In this document: piece by piece, positions 41,201-52,198 of the stretch
How the letters are laid out: the number at the start of each line of letters is the position of its first letter
How positions within the stretch are numbered: position 1 is the first letter of the stretch
Assembly (NCBI RefSeq): GCF_964355755.1
Contig: NC_092680.1
Location: forward strand, 12,471,045-12,535,044
Source of the DNA: Antedon mediterranea
Lineage: Eukaryota > Animalia > Echinodermata
Direction of reading: 5' to 3'
DNA: 64,000 nucleotides
Notes under the pieces: generated by a model
Told to the model about the DNA's origin: nothing
The model's database searches: none
Seen by the model: only the letters and a program-made list of their open reading frames with translations
Made by a program: the position numbers and the translations under genes

Positions 41201-44200
41201 CGTCTGTTGAAAAGTCTCTGTGTAGGACTAGTTCCTGTTCCTTGAGTAGGTGTGTTTCGAACTTCAAGTAATGCCATATATGGGTCAGTTTTGCTTTTCT
41301 TACACTTCATCAACATAGTCTTTGCTGCTTTTACAGCTGCCTCTGCTTTACCATTAGCATTAGGATGATGTGGAGATGAGGTTTGATGTTGGAAATCCCA
41401 ATTTGCACTGAAGTTTCTGAACTCTTGACTTGCAAATTGGGGGCCGTTATCCGAAATAACAATTTCAGGAATCCCGTTTCTCGCAAAGTGTTGCTTTACT
41501 TTCTTTATGACTGATTTAGTTGTTGTTTCAGTTAGTTTGTCAACTTCCCAAAATCCACTGTAGTAGTCCACTGTGGTCATGTAATCTACCTTATCAAGTG
41601 TGAATAGGTCAATTCCAACTTTGTGGTAAGGATATTTGGCTTCAATAGGAATCATAGTTTCCTTTGTCTGTGCCTGTTGATACGTTTGACAAGCATCGCA
41701 CATTTGTGTCATTTGTTTTATTTCATATGACATTCCGGGCCAAAAAATACATTCCCTTGCTCTTCTCAGCATACTATCTCCTCCAAGGTGGGAAACATGC
41801 AGACGTTCCTTTATTGATTTTCGTGATGAGATAGGTACTACTACTCGTTCACCTTTGAATACAAGTCCATCATGCACTGCCAGTTCATCTCTGAATGAAT
41901 AATAAGGCATAATCTGCGTTGGTACAAACTGTTTTTCATCTGGCCATCCTTGCATAATTATGGATTTCAGTATTTTTGTAGTTTCATCCATGTTTGTTTC
42001 TCTTTTAAGTTCATCAATTCGCTCTGGGCCAATACGAAGACCACCAACTGCATTTACTTGATCAAATTTGTCTACCTTGTCAGTATTTGGTAGATATGCC
42101 CTAGATAAAGTGTCGGCGATATACATTTCTTTGCCTCTTGTGTATACTATCTTTGTATCGTACTGTAACAGTCTCATCAGCATGCCTTGCAGTCGCTTTG
42201 GAGCTTTGTGTAAAGGCTTTCTCACAATCATTTCAAGAGGTTTGTGATCACTGTTGATAATAGTCAAACGTCCAAATGTATACTGATGAAATCTCTCCAT
42301 TGCAAAAACAATTGCGAGGCACTCCTTCTCTATTTGAGCATATCTTACTTCTGTAGCTGATAGAGATCTGCTAGCGTATGCAATTGGCTTTCCTTCTTGT
42401 AATAAAGCTTCTCCAAGTCCTGTGCTTGAGGCGTCACATTGTACTATTAACTCCTTCTTTGGATCATAATAGACTAGAATAGGAGCTTTAGTGATTAGTT
42501 GTTTCAAATTAAGCATTGCTTTATCTTGGTCATCTGATCAGTGCCACTGACAATCTTGATGAGTCAGTCGACGAAGTGGTTCAACAACAGTTGCTAGCTG
42601 AGGTAGGAACTTTGCTAGGTAATTTGTTAATCCTAGCATTCTACGAACACCTTCAACATCTGTTGGATTATCCATTTTGAGGATTGCTTCTAGCTTTTTC
42701 ACGTCAGGTTTTAATCCATTAGCAGTTATGGTATGTCCCATGAAATCAATTGTGTCAGTATGAAATACACTCTTCTCTTTATTTAGTTGTATTCCAGCTT
42801 TCTGACATTTTTCAAAAAGGTTTCTCAAACTTTTGTCATGTTTTTCAGTTGTATTACCATAGACAAGTATGTCATCTGCTACGCATGCTACTCCTTCTAA
42901 CCCTGTCAATGATTCATTTAACTTCCTTTGGAAAATTTCTGAGCTCACTTTCAAACCAAAGGGTAATCTATTCCAGCGAAATCTTCCAAACGGACAGATA
43001 AACGTAGTCAGACGGCTGCTGTTTTCGTCCAATTCACAGTGCCAGTATCCATGTGACAGATCAACCTTGCTAAATACCTTTGCATTGGCTAGTTCTGGTA
43101 GAATATCCTCCATGGTTGGTAGTGGATATCTCTCACGCTGCAGAACTTCATTCAGCGGTCTCGGATCTACGCATATTCTTAGTTTACCATTTTTTTTGGT
43201 TTGTATAGATATCTGTGAACACCAGTCTGTTGGTTCAGATACTGGCGTTATAACACCTTCTGTTAGTAGTTTGTCTAGTTCCTCTTTTAACTTGGGCTTC
43301 ACGGATATAGGTACTCTTCGAGCTGGACATTGCGTTCCTTTTGAGTGCTCGGCAATCTTTATACAAACTTTTCCTGGTAGACGTCCCAGTTTACCATTAA
43401 AAACTGTTTTGTAGTCTTCAAGGATCTTGGATGTTGTCTGTGTGACACTATGTAATTGCTTGAAGTTACTGTAGTTTACCGTGATCAGTTTCATTTTTTC
43501 TGCTGTCTCTCTGCTTAATAGTGGTTGTAAATCTTGTTTGACAATTTGAAAATCAACTGTATATGACTTGTTTGTGGCGTCATTTTTAAGCGTTAGCACA
43601 CATTTTCCTAATGGGATGACTTTGCTCTTGTTATACATTGTTAACTTTGTGTGTGATTGTTCAATTTTGGTACTACCTAGTTCAACATATTTTACTGGTA
43701 TCACGTTTACAGTAGCTCCGCTGTCCACTTGGAATCGTATTTTACTTCCATCATTCATGGTCATTTCCGCATATATTGGTCCTGTTGAAACATTGTAAAT
43801 TTTGTCTTCAGTTACACTCAATGTACTATCATCTGAATCTTGTGCTTCAACACCATATAGCTTGGGTTTCCGTTTGCATACAATAGCGAAATGGTTCATT
43901 AATTTGCATTTGTTGCACCGTTTACCCCAGGCAGGGCACATTTCTTTCTTTCTTGGGTGGCTGTTTCTACAATATTTGCATTTAGGCATGTTGCCAGACG
44001 GTGCTCTGTCACTAGTTTTATGTTTTCCTGATGACTGAGGGGTTTCATGTTTCTGCTTATGTCCACCTCTGTTCATCACTTTATGAACTTCTTCTTCCTC
44101 CAATGATTTACCAGAAATCACTTTCATTTGGTTGTATGTGTTTTCATAGCTGTGGCAGATGTCAATACATTTCTTTAAATCTATTTTTCTTTCTTGGAAT

Positions 44201-47200
44201 AGTCGTTTTCTTACTCTTTCATCATGCACACCCAGTACTAAACGATCTCGAATTAGACCATCTTTCATGCAATCACAGAAATTACAGGTTTTTCTGAGTA
44301 TTTTCAAAGCATTTATATATGTGTCAATTGACTCGCCTTTTTCTTGTTTTCGGGAATTGAATTTATATCGTTCAAAAATTTCATTGGTTTCACCAAGGAT
44401 AAACGTATCCAATTTTTGTATGATTTCCTCACACGTGTCAGATTCTAGTGGGTCACATCCATTATATATTTGGAGTGCATCAACACCCATGGTAGAGATC
44501 AGTAATGATTTCTTAAAATGAGGTGATCGTGATGGATGATCTAGGTTGCTAGCAATGGTATAATGTGTCCAAAGCTGCTTCCATAATTTCCAATTTTCCT
44601 GTTTACCATTTGTGTCTAGTTTTACCGGTTCTGGGGGTTTAACATTGAACATCGGGACAGGCATTTGTATCGTCGGCAGTCCGTTGCCGTTAGCTTCATC
44701 CTGCAGGCCATGTGCGTCATTTTGCACGCCCTCCTCGCCGTCTGCCATGCTGGCTAGGCTAGTCGTATCTATCTCGTGAGATTTAACAGTAAATATCTTA
44801 CTTTACTTATCTGTGTTTCAGTGTGCAATTCAGACTAATCTTTTCTTGCAATGAGCACCGCTGCCACCATGTTTCACGTTTCGTGAATGGTAGAATATAA
44901 CAATAAAGATACGGACTAAATAACTCGTGTTACTCGGTAGCCATATTTATTCAGGTCAAGAACATAGCGCCCTCAGTCGGGACACGATACTGTGACAAAG
45001 TGAGGCAGGATGTTGAAACAATGTCTATTCATGCAGTCTCCGTGGGTCTATTATTGTATTTTTATTTGTATGCACTGCCTTTGTTAAACCGTAACAATAA
45101 TATAAACATGCACGCTACTACACGCAGGACGTAGAAAAAAAAGAAGCGTGCAACCAACCGTGAATCAATCACGTGCTAACCGGAATACGCGATTATCAAT
45201 TTTGGGAGGATCCAAGTTTTAACTAAATAAACGCTTTGATTACAAAGTGGTTGAGACACGTTTTTAATAGTTATTACATTTTTAAACACCCTCATAATTA
45301 ATGAACTCTACCAATGTTGATCCGCTGCAAAGAACAACAGATCGCACATCGCACGAGGTTGTTGAGGCGGTGTTTTATTTGGTTTTACTGTACGATCCGA
45401 TAATACGAACATGTTAAATGATTTAAAAGGCATGGATTCGCCAAGCAAGTAGGCCTACGTTTAATAAAAATAAAAAAAAAGATTTTCGTAAGCTCTTTTG
45501 TTCAAACTTGTTATTTATTATATAGCAATAATCCACCCGTTCCGGCATGCACGCTAGGCCTCTAGCCTAGCTAGGCCTACTCCTCGATCGATCGATGTCG
45601 CTGGTGGGGAATTTCCCAGCGATAAGAAATCGGCGAAATAGCTCATAAACGGCCTACATTTTAATGTTATATCTTTAATGCCAGTGTAATTACGTATGGA
45701 TAAAACAATATAAAACTCAATGTTTTTCATCTGAAATAATATGTTAACTCGCGTAATGTAGCATAAGACGGATTCGGAATAGTTATTTCGATTGTTTTGG
45801 GGTTTTAAAATGGTAGCTAGCTAGGGCCTAGCTAGAAGTAGAAGCCCTAGGCTAGGCCTAGGCCTGTGCCTAAAAAAAATGAGTAAATTCTATTGGGCAA
45901 TACTATCATGTGTTTATTGTACATTATGTAATTAAGTTAAATTATTTTATATACTGAATATTAGTTAAAATACAGTATATATTTTTTACATTTTTTGTAC
46001 TGAGGATGTGTCCATAAAAAAAATATTAGAATGTAAAAATACTGATGTATAAACCTATGTAAAAATTAAGCCAACTTATGTGTAAATATTGTATATACTG
46101 TATATGTAACATATTTAGTTAATTAAGAGACGTAAACGACACGCGTGTTGATTTTCGATTCCCCGCGTGTTGATTTTCGATTCCCCGCGCGTTGACTTTC
46201 GACGCCCCGATGAATTGAATGTGGTTCACGACAAAATCTCCTGCGAATAGACTTTCCCAAGTTGGGACCTCTGTTTTTACGCCAACATAACAATGTAAGG
46301 CCTATTTGTACGTACAGTCTACAAGGCGGAAATGCAGTCATTTTAAAAAGAAAAATAATTGTTAGGCCCTAATTTTTAAAATAATAAATGATAATCTAAT
46401 AATAGCCACAAAGAAAATATAACACTGGACTACATTCAAAATTAAATAAATTGTGTGTAAATTCGGATTATTATGTTTTTATATTAGATTTGTCGATATG
46501 TTCCAGTATTTTAACATTTAAACCATTAGTCAGTTAAGTTCCACGTGTGCGCTTGCAATAGTGATTTGATTGACAGCACCGGGGTGATCGATGTAGTGTA
46601 AATGGGCGCAACTCGAGTTCATCTCGCAGTTTTTTTGGCTAGTGTAAATGGAAATTGCCTCCGAGTTCAACTCGTGTTCCTCTCTCAGTCGATAGTGTAA
46701 AAAGGGTATTTACACGTGGTGTACCGCAAACTTTTTATCAACAAAAGAAATAAAAAGAATTAAAGTAACAAAATGCCAAGGACACACGCTGAACTATTGT
46801 ATCATTTGAAAACAATTATATTTAGCAAGAGATTATGGATTTAAATACGCCATTTTGACAGCACTGATATGTTTTCTTTCCAACAGAAACGGGTCCACAT
46901 AGAAAGAACAGATTTTAAATCCGGTTTTACAAAAACCGTTGATTCGGGTTTTAGAACAGTTTTTCTTTTAGCAAAGGTGATCTCAAGAAAACTTGAGAAG
47001 GGCGCAGGATTGGTCGAATGGACAAGAACAGTTAAGAGCATGTCGATATAACAGCATTAAAAATAAGCAATAGCAACGTAGGCCTCCTACAGCATAGAAG
47101 CAATGAATAAAACAGCTAGCAGTGCTAAAAAGGGGCATCATAGCTGCGTTAAAGCTTAAGCCAAACATAAGCTATGCAAAAAAGGGGAAAGATAAGAGCT

Positions 47201-48189
47201 CATTAGGCCTATATACTTAAATTTGCAACATTAGCTAAATATATAAATGCTATATTCTGCTTAGGCCTATTTATGCTTTGTTATTCTTTTTTGTGCTTAG
47301 ACCAATCCTGCGCCTGAGTTGAAAACTTTTGAGATATGAGTAAAATTGTGAAATTAGGCCTACGTCACGAGTTTTCTTCTGTTCTTTAATGATTATTTTA
47401 ATGTCCAATCCAATTAATTACCGAAATTCAGGGAGAGGGCCTACCTTGGATCCGCCTTGACATCTTTACCTTTACTTCAACGTGGATTAAAGTTTTGAAA
47501 ATTAATTTCAGATAGTATCCACTATTAGATCAGAATGGTACATTGTACAATTTAATTCAAATTAACTTTTTTTTTATCACTTTTGTGGCGTAAACACCAT
47601 TTTTATTCACATTTATAACATCTTTTGTCATCACTATAAAATCATAATGTTTTCATTATTATCACATTTTGGTTAATTTTATTAACTTTATCAGTAACAT
47701 TTTTAAATCTAGTAAATTCACTATATATTCCATTTTACCTCCTTTATTCATTGATTATCTTATCATTTTCTTACTGCACTTACAATAGAAGTTTAAGAAA
47801 TTAAATTTGATAACTAATTCAACATTTAACTCACAAAATAAGCCTTTTACAATCTGGCTAAAGGTAGGACGGACGTAATCTATAACTGACAGTGTTGTAA
47901 CCACGCAATTTCAACTTTCACAGTCTGGAGAAACTTCATGGTAGGATCGGACCATGGAGGTATAATGTAGCCTATACCAGGGAGTTGTATTTACAACCAC
48001 TTGGTTATACCTCCATGTTAGGACCATGGTAAAAACAACAGGAAGTTACTTAACTAATATTTGCAATATTCTGAAGAAAGTCAAACAATTATAATAAATA
48101 CATACCGGAAAAGTGCTGTTAAAATATACCAACATTGTTAGACCAATGATCAACACAAGCACAAATAATTTAACGTTATATTCAGTCAT
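35291..48189 (-). CDS. NXPE (neurexophilin and PC-esterase domain) family protein, about 564 aa, 4 exons
   Basis: Exons 48189-48106 (signal anchor MTEYNVKLFVLVLIIGLTMLVYF), 37715-36964 (Ig-like region with GGDFWYA and DFKNGTYEA), 36626-36568 and 36090-35291 (SGNH-like FLGDSTTRQW, IDIWDM, NTIH). All GT-AG, with phases 0/2/1 consistent (1695 nt). Exon 1 linkage is the least certain part. Confidence 0.85.
38300..39676. mobile_element. MULE-like GGACAACTACCCC foldback element (copy 2, internally deleted, expanded left array)
   Basis: Same termini as 483-2110 (CGTATCCGGATATTCACCCCC ... GGTGTCCTAGAACC). 9-bp TSD TGTGCTGTT (38291-38299, 39677-39685). Confidence 0.85.
40207..44997 (-). mobile_element. 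Full-length Ty3/Gypsy LTR retrotransposon (Mag-like), recent insertion
   Basis: Identical 128-bp LTRs TG...CA (40207-40334, 44870-44997) and 5-bp TSD AAGTG. PBS TGGTGGCAGCGGTG (44869-44856) is complementary to a tRNA-Leu 3' end. Polypurine tract adjacent to 40335. Confidence 0.97.
40681..44748 (-). pseudogene. Gypsy gag-pol polyprotein with one in-frame stop
   Basis: Gag with zinc knuckles, protease VDSGA and RT (VADDIL) in 42538-44748. RNase H (CDAS) and integrase (HHCC, ISDNGPQF, NGKAE) in 40681-42516. The two ORFs are in the same frame, separated by TGA at 42540-42538 where Trp is expected. Confidence 0.92.
47575..47830 (+). repeat. Diverged copy of the LINE 5' region
   Basis: TTTTGTGGCGTAAACACCATTTTTATTCACATT... 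matches the reverse complement of about 26290-26515. Confidence 0.55.
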
Positions 48190-49359
48190 TTTAAAATCCG
48201 TTTGAAGACCGTTGAAGCAGGGAGTTGGTTGAAGGAACAAGTACGTGATGCTCATTGTCGACAAGCGTCAACAGATTTAAATTCAATGTAAACGCACTCG
48301 TTGTCGAGGAGGTGTTTAAAAGATCCTTCACGCCCAAAAGGTTTTGTTCTGTGTGACGTTCGATGACATCATAGTCGTTTACTAACTAATTGTTAATCCT
48401 TAATACTACCCTAATTGACTAGATTTTTTAAATTAATTTATTTTTTATACTGGGTATAACCTCTTCATGAAAAAAATGTTCTCCAGAGTACACAATTAAC
48501 AATCACAGTAAAATTACAAAACAATTTAAAACAAACCAACGATACAAATACAAAAAATAACAGACAGAATAAAAAACCACCCCATGTGATTGGATTGGAA
48601 CACCAATGTTAATGTTATTATTAATTATTATATTGTAAAATTTATTTTATTTATGTTTCTTCATATTTGAAACATTTGTAATTAGTCTATAAATGTATAT
48701 AATTGCTATTCTTTGACAACTAACGGTGACTTTTGGTTTCAAAGAATTATTATTATAGCATTCAAATGAAAGTTTGCGGTACTCCACGTATTGTTATGAA
48801 AAGAACTATTCTGAAGTATCGCGTTATTCATAGAGCACATACCGCGTTAGCACAGACAATGTGTAACATAACAATGGATACCGAATGCATTCTTTTACTA
48901 ATTACAAAACATTACAAAAGACTTCTGTGTAGTTCATTCAGCTAGAAAGTTACCTTATGTCTTATTAGCCAACCATTTCATCCACTGAACAAATAATGTT
49001 ATGTGTTGGCTGGTGAGAAACTATTTTATGAGTTGTAACCGAACGCCGGCAAATGATCGTTGTGACTGTAATTATAATTGTTGCCGCCGCACAAAAACCC
49101 AGTTTTAACGAAACGGGCGACACGCGAGCAACGCTCGTTAGGCCTACTGGGCGTTTTATTAATTTTGTAATATCACGAACCGTGTGTAAAAACAATCAAT
49201 ATTGATTGAACGAGTTGAGTCTCGTGAATAAATAAAGTTTATTATCGCGATCATTCCATAGCGATATTTTGATCATTCACATGCCCCCCCCCCCCCCCCC
49301 ATACCACAAACAATTCACATATATCATTCTAAAGTCGTGGCCTCCTATGATATAGGGCC

Positions 49360-49857
49360 GGGAGGTTTTGCAACCTTACGAATACGATAACGAAAACGGA
49401 TACGTTACACATTTGTGAAACTTTTGAGCTGATCCCCATTTCATATTCGTAAAGCGTATTCGTGTTGACGAATATCACCAGTCATATTCGTAACTACAAA
49501 ACGAGTATAGTTTTTGATCTATTATTTGCACATTTTGCAATTGAATCAGGAATGATTCATGATTATAATATAATTATACTTTTATTTAAAGTAATTTACT
49601 AAAGTAATTTACTAAAATGCCATGTCAATTTTGATAAATAGCAGTTTTAGTCCTCACTCCCTTTGATGTTACGCTAGGAGGCCTAGGCAGCCACCAAGCA
49701 ACACCTGCGCTTCGCTCAAATTTACCGCAGTCATATTTTGGACGGCGCCCTCAATATTTCGTTGCCATGCGAAACAGATTTTTACTGGCTTACGAAAAAC
49801 GAATACGTGTGTGTGATCCGTTTTCGTTATCGTATTCGTAAGATTGCGAAACCTCCC
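49360..49857. mobile_element. Harbinger-like MITE (related shorter copy at about 31767-31915)
   Basis: GGGAGGTTTTGCAACCTTACGAATACGATAACGAAAACGGAT / ATCCGTTTTCGTTATCGTATTCGTAAGATTGCGAAACCTCCC inverted termini. The interior matches the element in RidA intron 5 in reverse orientation. Confidence 0.75.
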
Positions 49858-50770
49858 TAATGCAGAATGTTCTTGCTACCAACGACTATCGTGTCAATGT
49901 TTAAATATTGGATTTTTACGTGCAAATCGGAGCGTAAAAAACCCTCTTTGCCTGTTTTCCTGTCGACGTTGAAATACGTTGAGTTGCGTTGAGTTTAAAA
50001 TCGTTAAAGTTGAAAATAAAATAGCGATGACGATGGACCGCTAATATTTACACATTTTTACGCGATCGTTCATAGTTTCTTGGTTCTCTCGAGCGTTGCT
50101 GGGACACGCGGACGTGAAGTGTTGCAAAACTAAAGGCCGGTGCACACCAAACGCGAAGCCGCGAATTTCGCGTTAAAAAGTGACGCACGCGGCAGGCGAC
50201 GGACGCTTCCAGTATGAACATAAAAGCGAACAGTGTACGATAGCAAAGAATATATATAACAAGAATGAGTAATCCGCGATTTTCCCTGTAACAGTAATAT
50301 TGTCCATGTGGTAGGGCGCCGCCATAAGTGAGGATGTATCTGGGATGTATACAACTGTTTGTGACGGTTTCACTAATCAAAAGCTGGACCACCGGTAGTA
50401 TTTTCATGATAAAAAATGTTATCAACTACATGCCAACATCATGTTAAATGCTATTTGGATATTTAATTGTTCGTTTTATGCAATTTATTTTGTAAAAACT
50501 GCCGTATAAACAGTTCGCTTTATCAACCGGGCGCTACGATAGCGTGACCGGGCGTGTTGGTGTTTACGCGTTTTCACGAAGGATAGTTTAATAATATTCC
50601 TATATTTAACTTGTTTCTGGTAAAACAAATAAATGTTAATGACATTTAACATTTTATCCTATAAATAACATGTACTTTATACTAATTTATATCATAAAAA
50701 CAATACTTAATTTACCGGGCGTAGAGTAGTACGCGGCAATAGTAGTAATAGTGATACTTCAGACCCGACC

Positions 50771-51312
50771 TTGGTGTATTTCCTGATTACGTAATATCCG
50801 CCAGGTGTTTCTAATGAAGGTCGTTCATTTCCTGGTACTTCAGCCCAAGGTTGGCTTTGGTGTATTTCCTGGTAGTTACGTAATAGTTATATAATTTCCG
50901 CCAGGTGTTTCTAATGAAGGTCGTTCATTTCCTGGTACTTCAGCCCAAGGTTGGCCTTGGTGTATTTCCTGGTAGTTACGTAATAGTTATATAATTTCCA
51001 CCAGATGTTTCTAATGAAGGTCGTTCATTTCCTGGTACTTCAGCCCAAGGTTGGCCTTGGTGTATTTCCTGGTAGTTACGTAATAGTTATATAATTTCCG
51101 CCAGGTGTTTCTAATGAAGGTCGTTCATTTCCTGGTACTTCAGCCCAAGGTTGGCCTTGGTGTATTTCCTGGTAGTTACGTAATAGTTATATAATTTCCA
51201 CCAGATGTTTCTAATGAAGGTCGTTCATTTCCTGGTACTTCAGCCCAAAGTTGGCCTTGGTGTATTTCCTGGTAGTTTCGCAATAGATATGTAATTTCCG
51301 CCAGGTGTTTCT
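50771..51312. repeat. Exact 100-bp tandem array (about 5.4 units) at the outer end of the palindrome arm
   Basis: CCAG(G/A)TGTTTCT recurs at 50801, 50901, 51001, 51101, 51201 and 51301. Mirrored from about 63788 to the window end. Confidence 0.95.
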
Positions 51313-51481
51313 TTGTCTCTTATTTATTAATTTTTGGCGCGATGTTCTGGTACGTGGTGAGTGACGTCATTACTTTATTTACGATTTAAGACGGTGAAAC
51401 AAAGTGAAGCGGCTATTGCTGTACTATTTTCCAGTTGTTTTGCCTATCTTTGCGTAGAGTATCTCTTTACAGTATTTCATT

Positions 51482-52036
51482 ATGTCTGGAAGTATATATT
51501 TTTCGCAAGGGAGTTGTGTAGATACTGTTATAATAATTAGCGATGATGAGGATACTGTTGTTGTTCCAGGCAGTGATATAGATGATCGTTACACGGCGGC
51601 CGAAGAGGTTATCCCCGCCGGTATAGATGAAGGAGTCGAGAGGAGTAACAGGCCTACAAGTTGTATATTTACGTACGTGGACGAGGTGGAGAGAGAATTT
51701 TTGTTGAAAATGGAGCGTTTGGTTAAACAATTGTTTGCTGCTCAAGTGTTAGCCAAGTGTTGGGTTTTAAGTAAAGCGGCTTGTTATGGTTGTGAATTTG
51801 ACAGGAGCAGTCAAAAAGATCATGATTTCTGTTGTATGAAGTCTCTAGAAGAACAGATTGACTATTTTTATCGGGAGGTTCTGGATAAGAAGTATGTTTC
51901 AGTCGATACCGTTTACAACGAACTAAATATGCAAGGAGAATATTCATTGCCTCGGTATAGACATTTCGTTTATTTTCTTGTCAATACCCTGATTAATTCA
52001 GAGGCTATTTTTAAGCTGTTGTGCGAGGATATTTAA
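51482..52036 (+). CDS. Uncharacterised 184-aa intronless protein with CxxC-x6-SQ-x2-H-x2-C motif and SIM-like VIIISDDED
   Basis: ATG-to-stop ORF of 555 nt in AT-rich DNA. CYGCEFDRSSQKDHDFCC at 51782-51835. Acidic N-terminus. Confidence 0.75.
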   Translation: MSGSIYFSQGSCVDTVIIISDDEDTVVVPGSDIDDRYTAAEEVIPAGIDEGVERSNRPTSCIFTYVDEVEREFLLKMERLVKQLFAAQVLAKCWVLSKAACYGCEFDRSSQKDHDFCCMKSLEEQIDYFYREVLDKKYVSVDTVYNELNMQGEYSLPRYRHFVYFLVNTLINSEAIFKLLCEDI

Positions 52037-52198
52037 ATTGTGTTTGATCGCACGTGTCACGGAAACGATTGACCGGAAATAACAATCATTATCTTTTTAA
52101 TTACTGTACTGGGCTACTTCCCTACTGAGCTGCATATACATCCTGATTCAAGCGTAATCGTTCGTTTCACTCTCTGTAACTCTCTACAGTCTATAAAC

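Larger units (their letters stand above)
40002..46273. mobile_element. hAT-like non-autonomous element hosting the Gypsy insertion
   Basis: CAGGGGTCCCAA at 40002 and TTGGGACCTCTG ending 46273. TTTTTA on both flanks (6 bp, low complexity). Subterminal short repeats at both ends (CTACCGC on the left, CGCGTGTTGATTTTCGA on the right). Confidence 0.55.

Noticed and set aside
42750-44521. Plus-strand ORFs up to 181 aa
   Set aside because: They are antisense shadows of the Gypsy polyprotein.
50771-51312. 100-bp array as CRISPR or RNA gene cluster
   Set aside because: Units are near-identical over their whole length, with no unique spacers and no recognisable tRNA/5S motifs.
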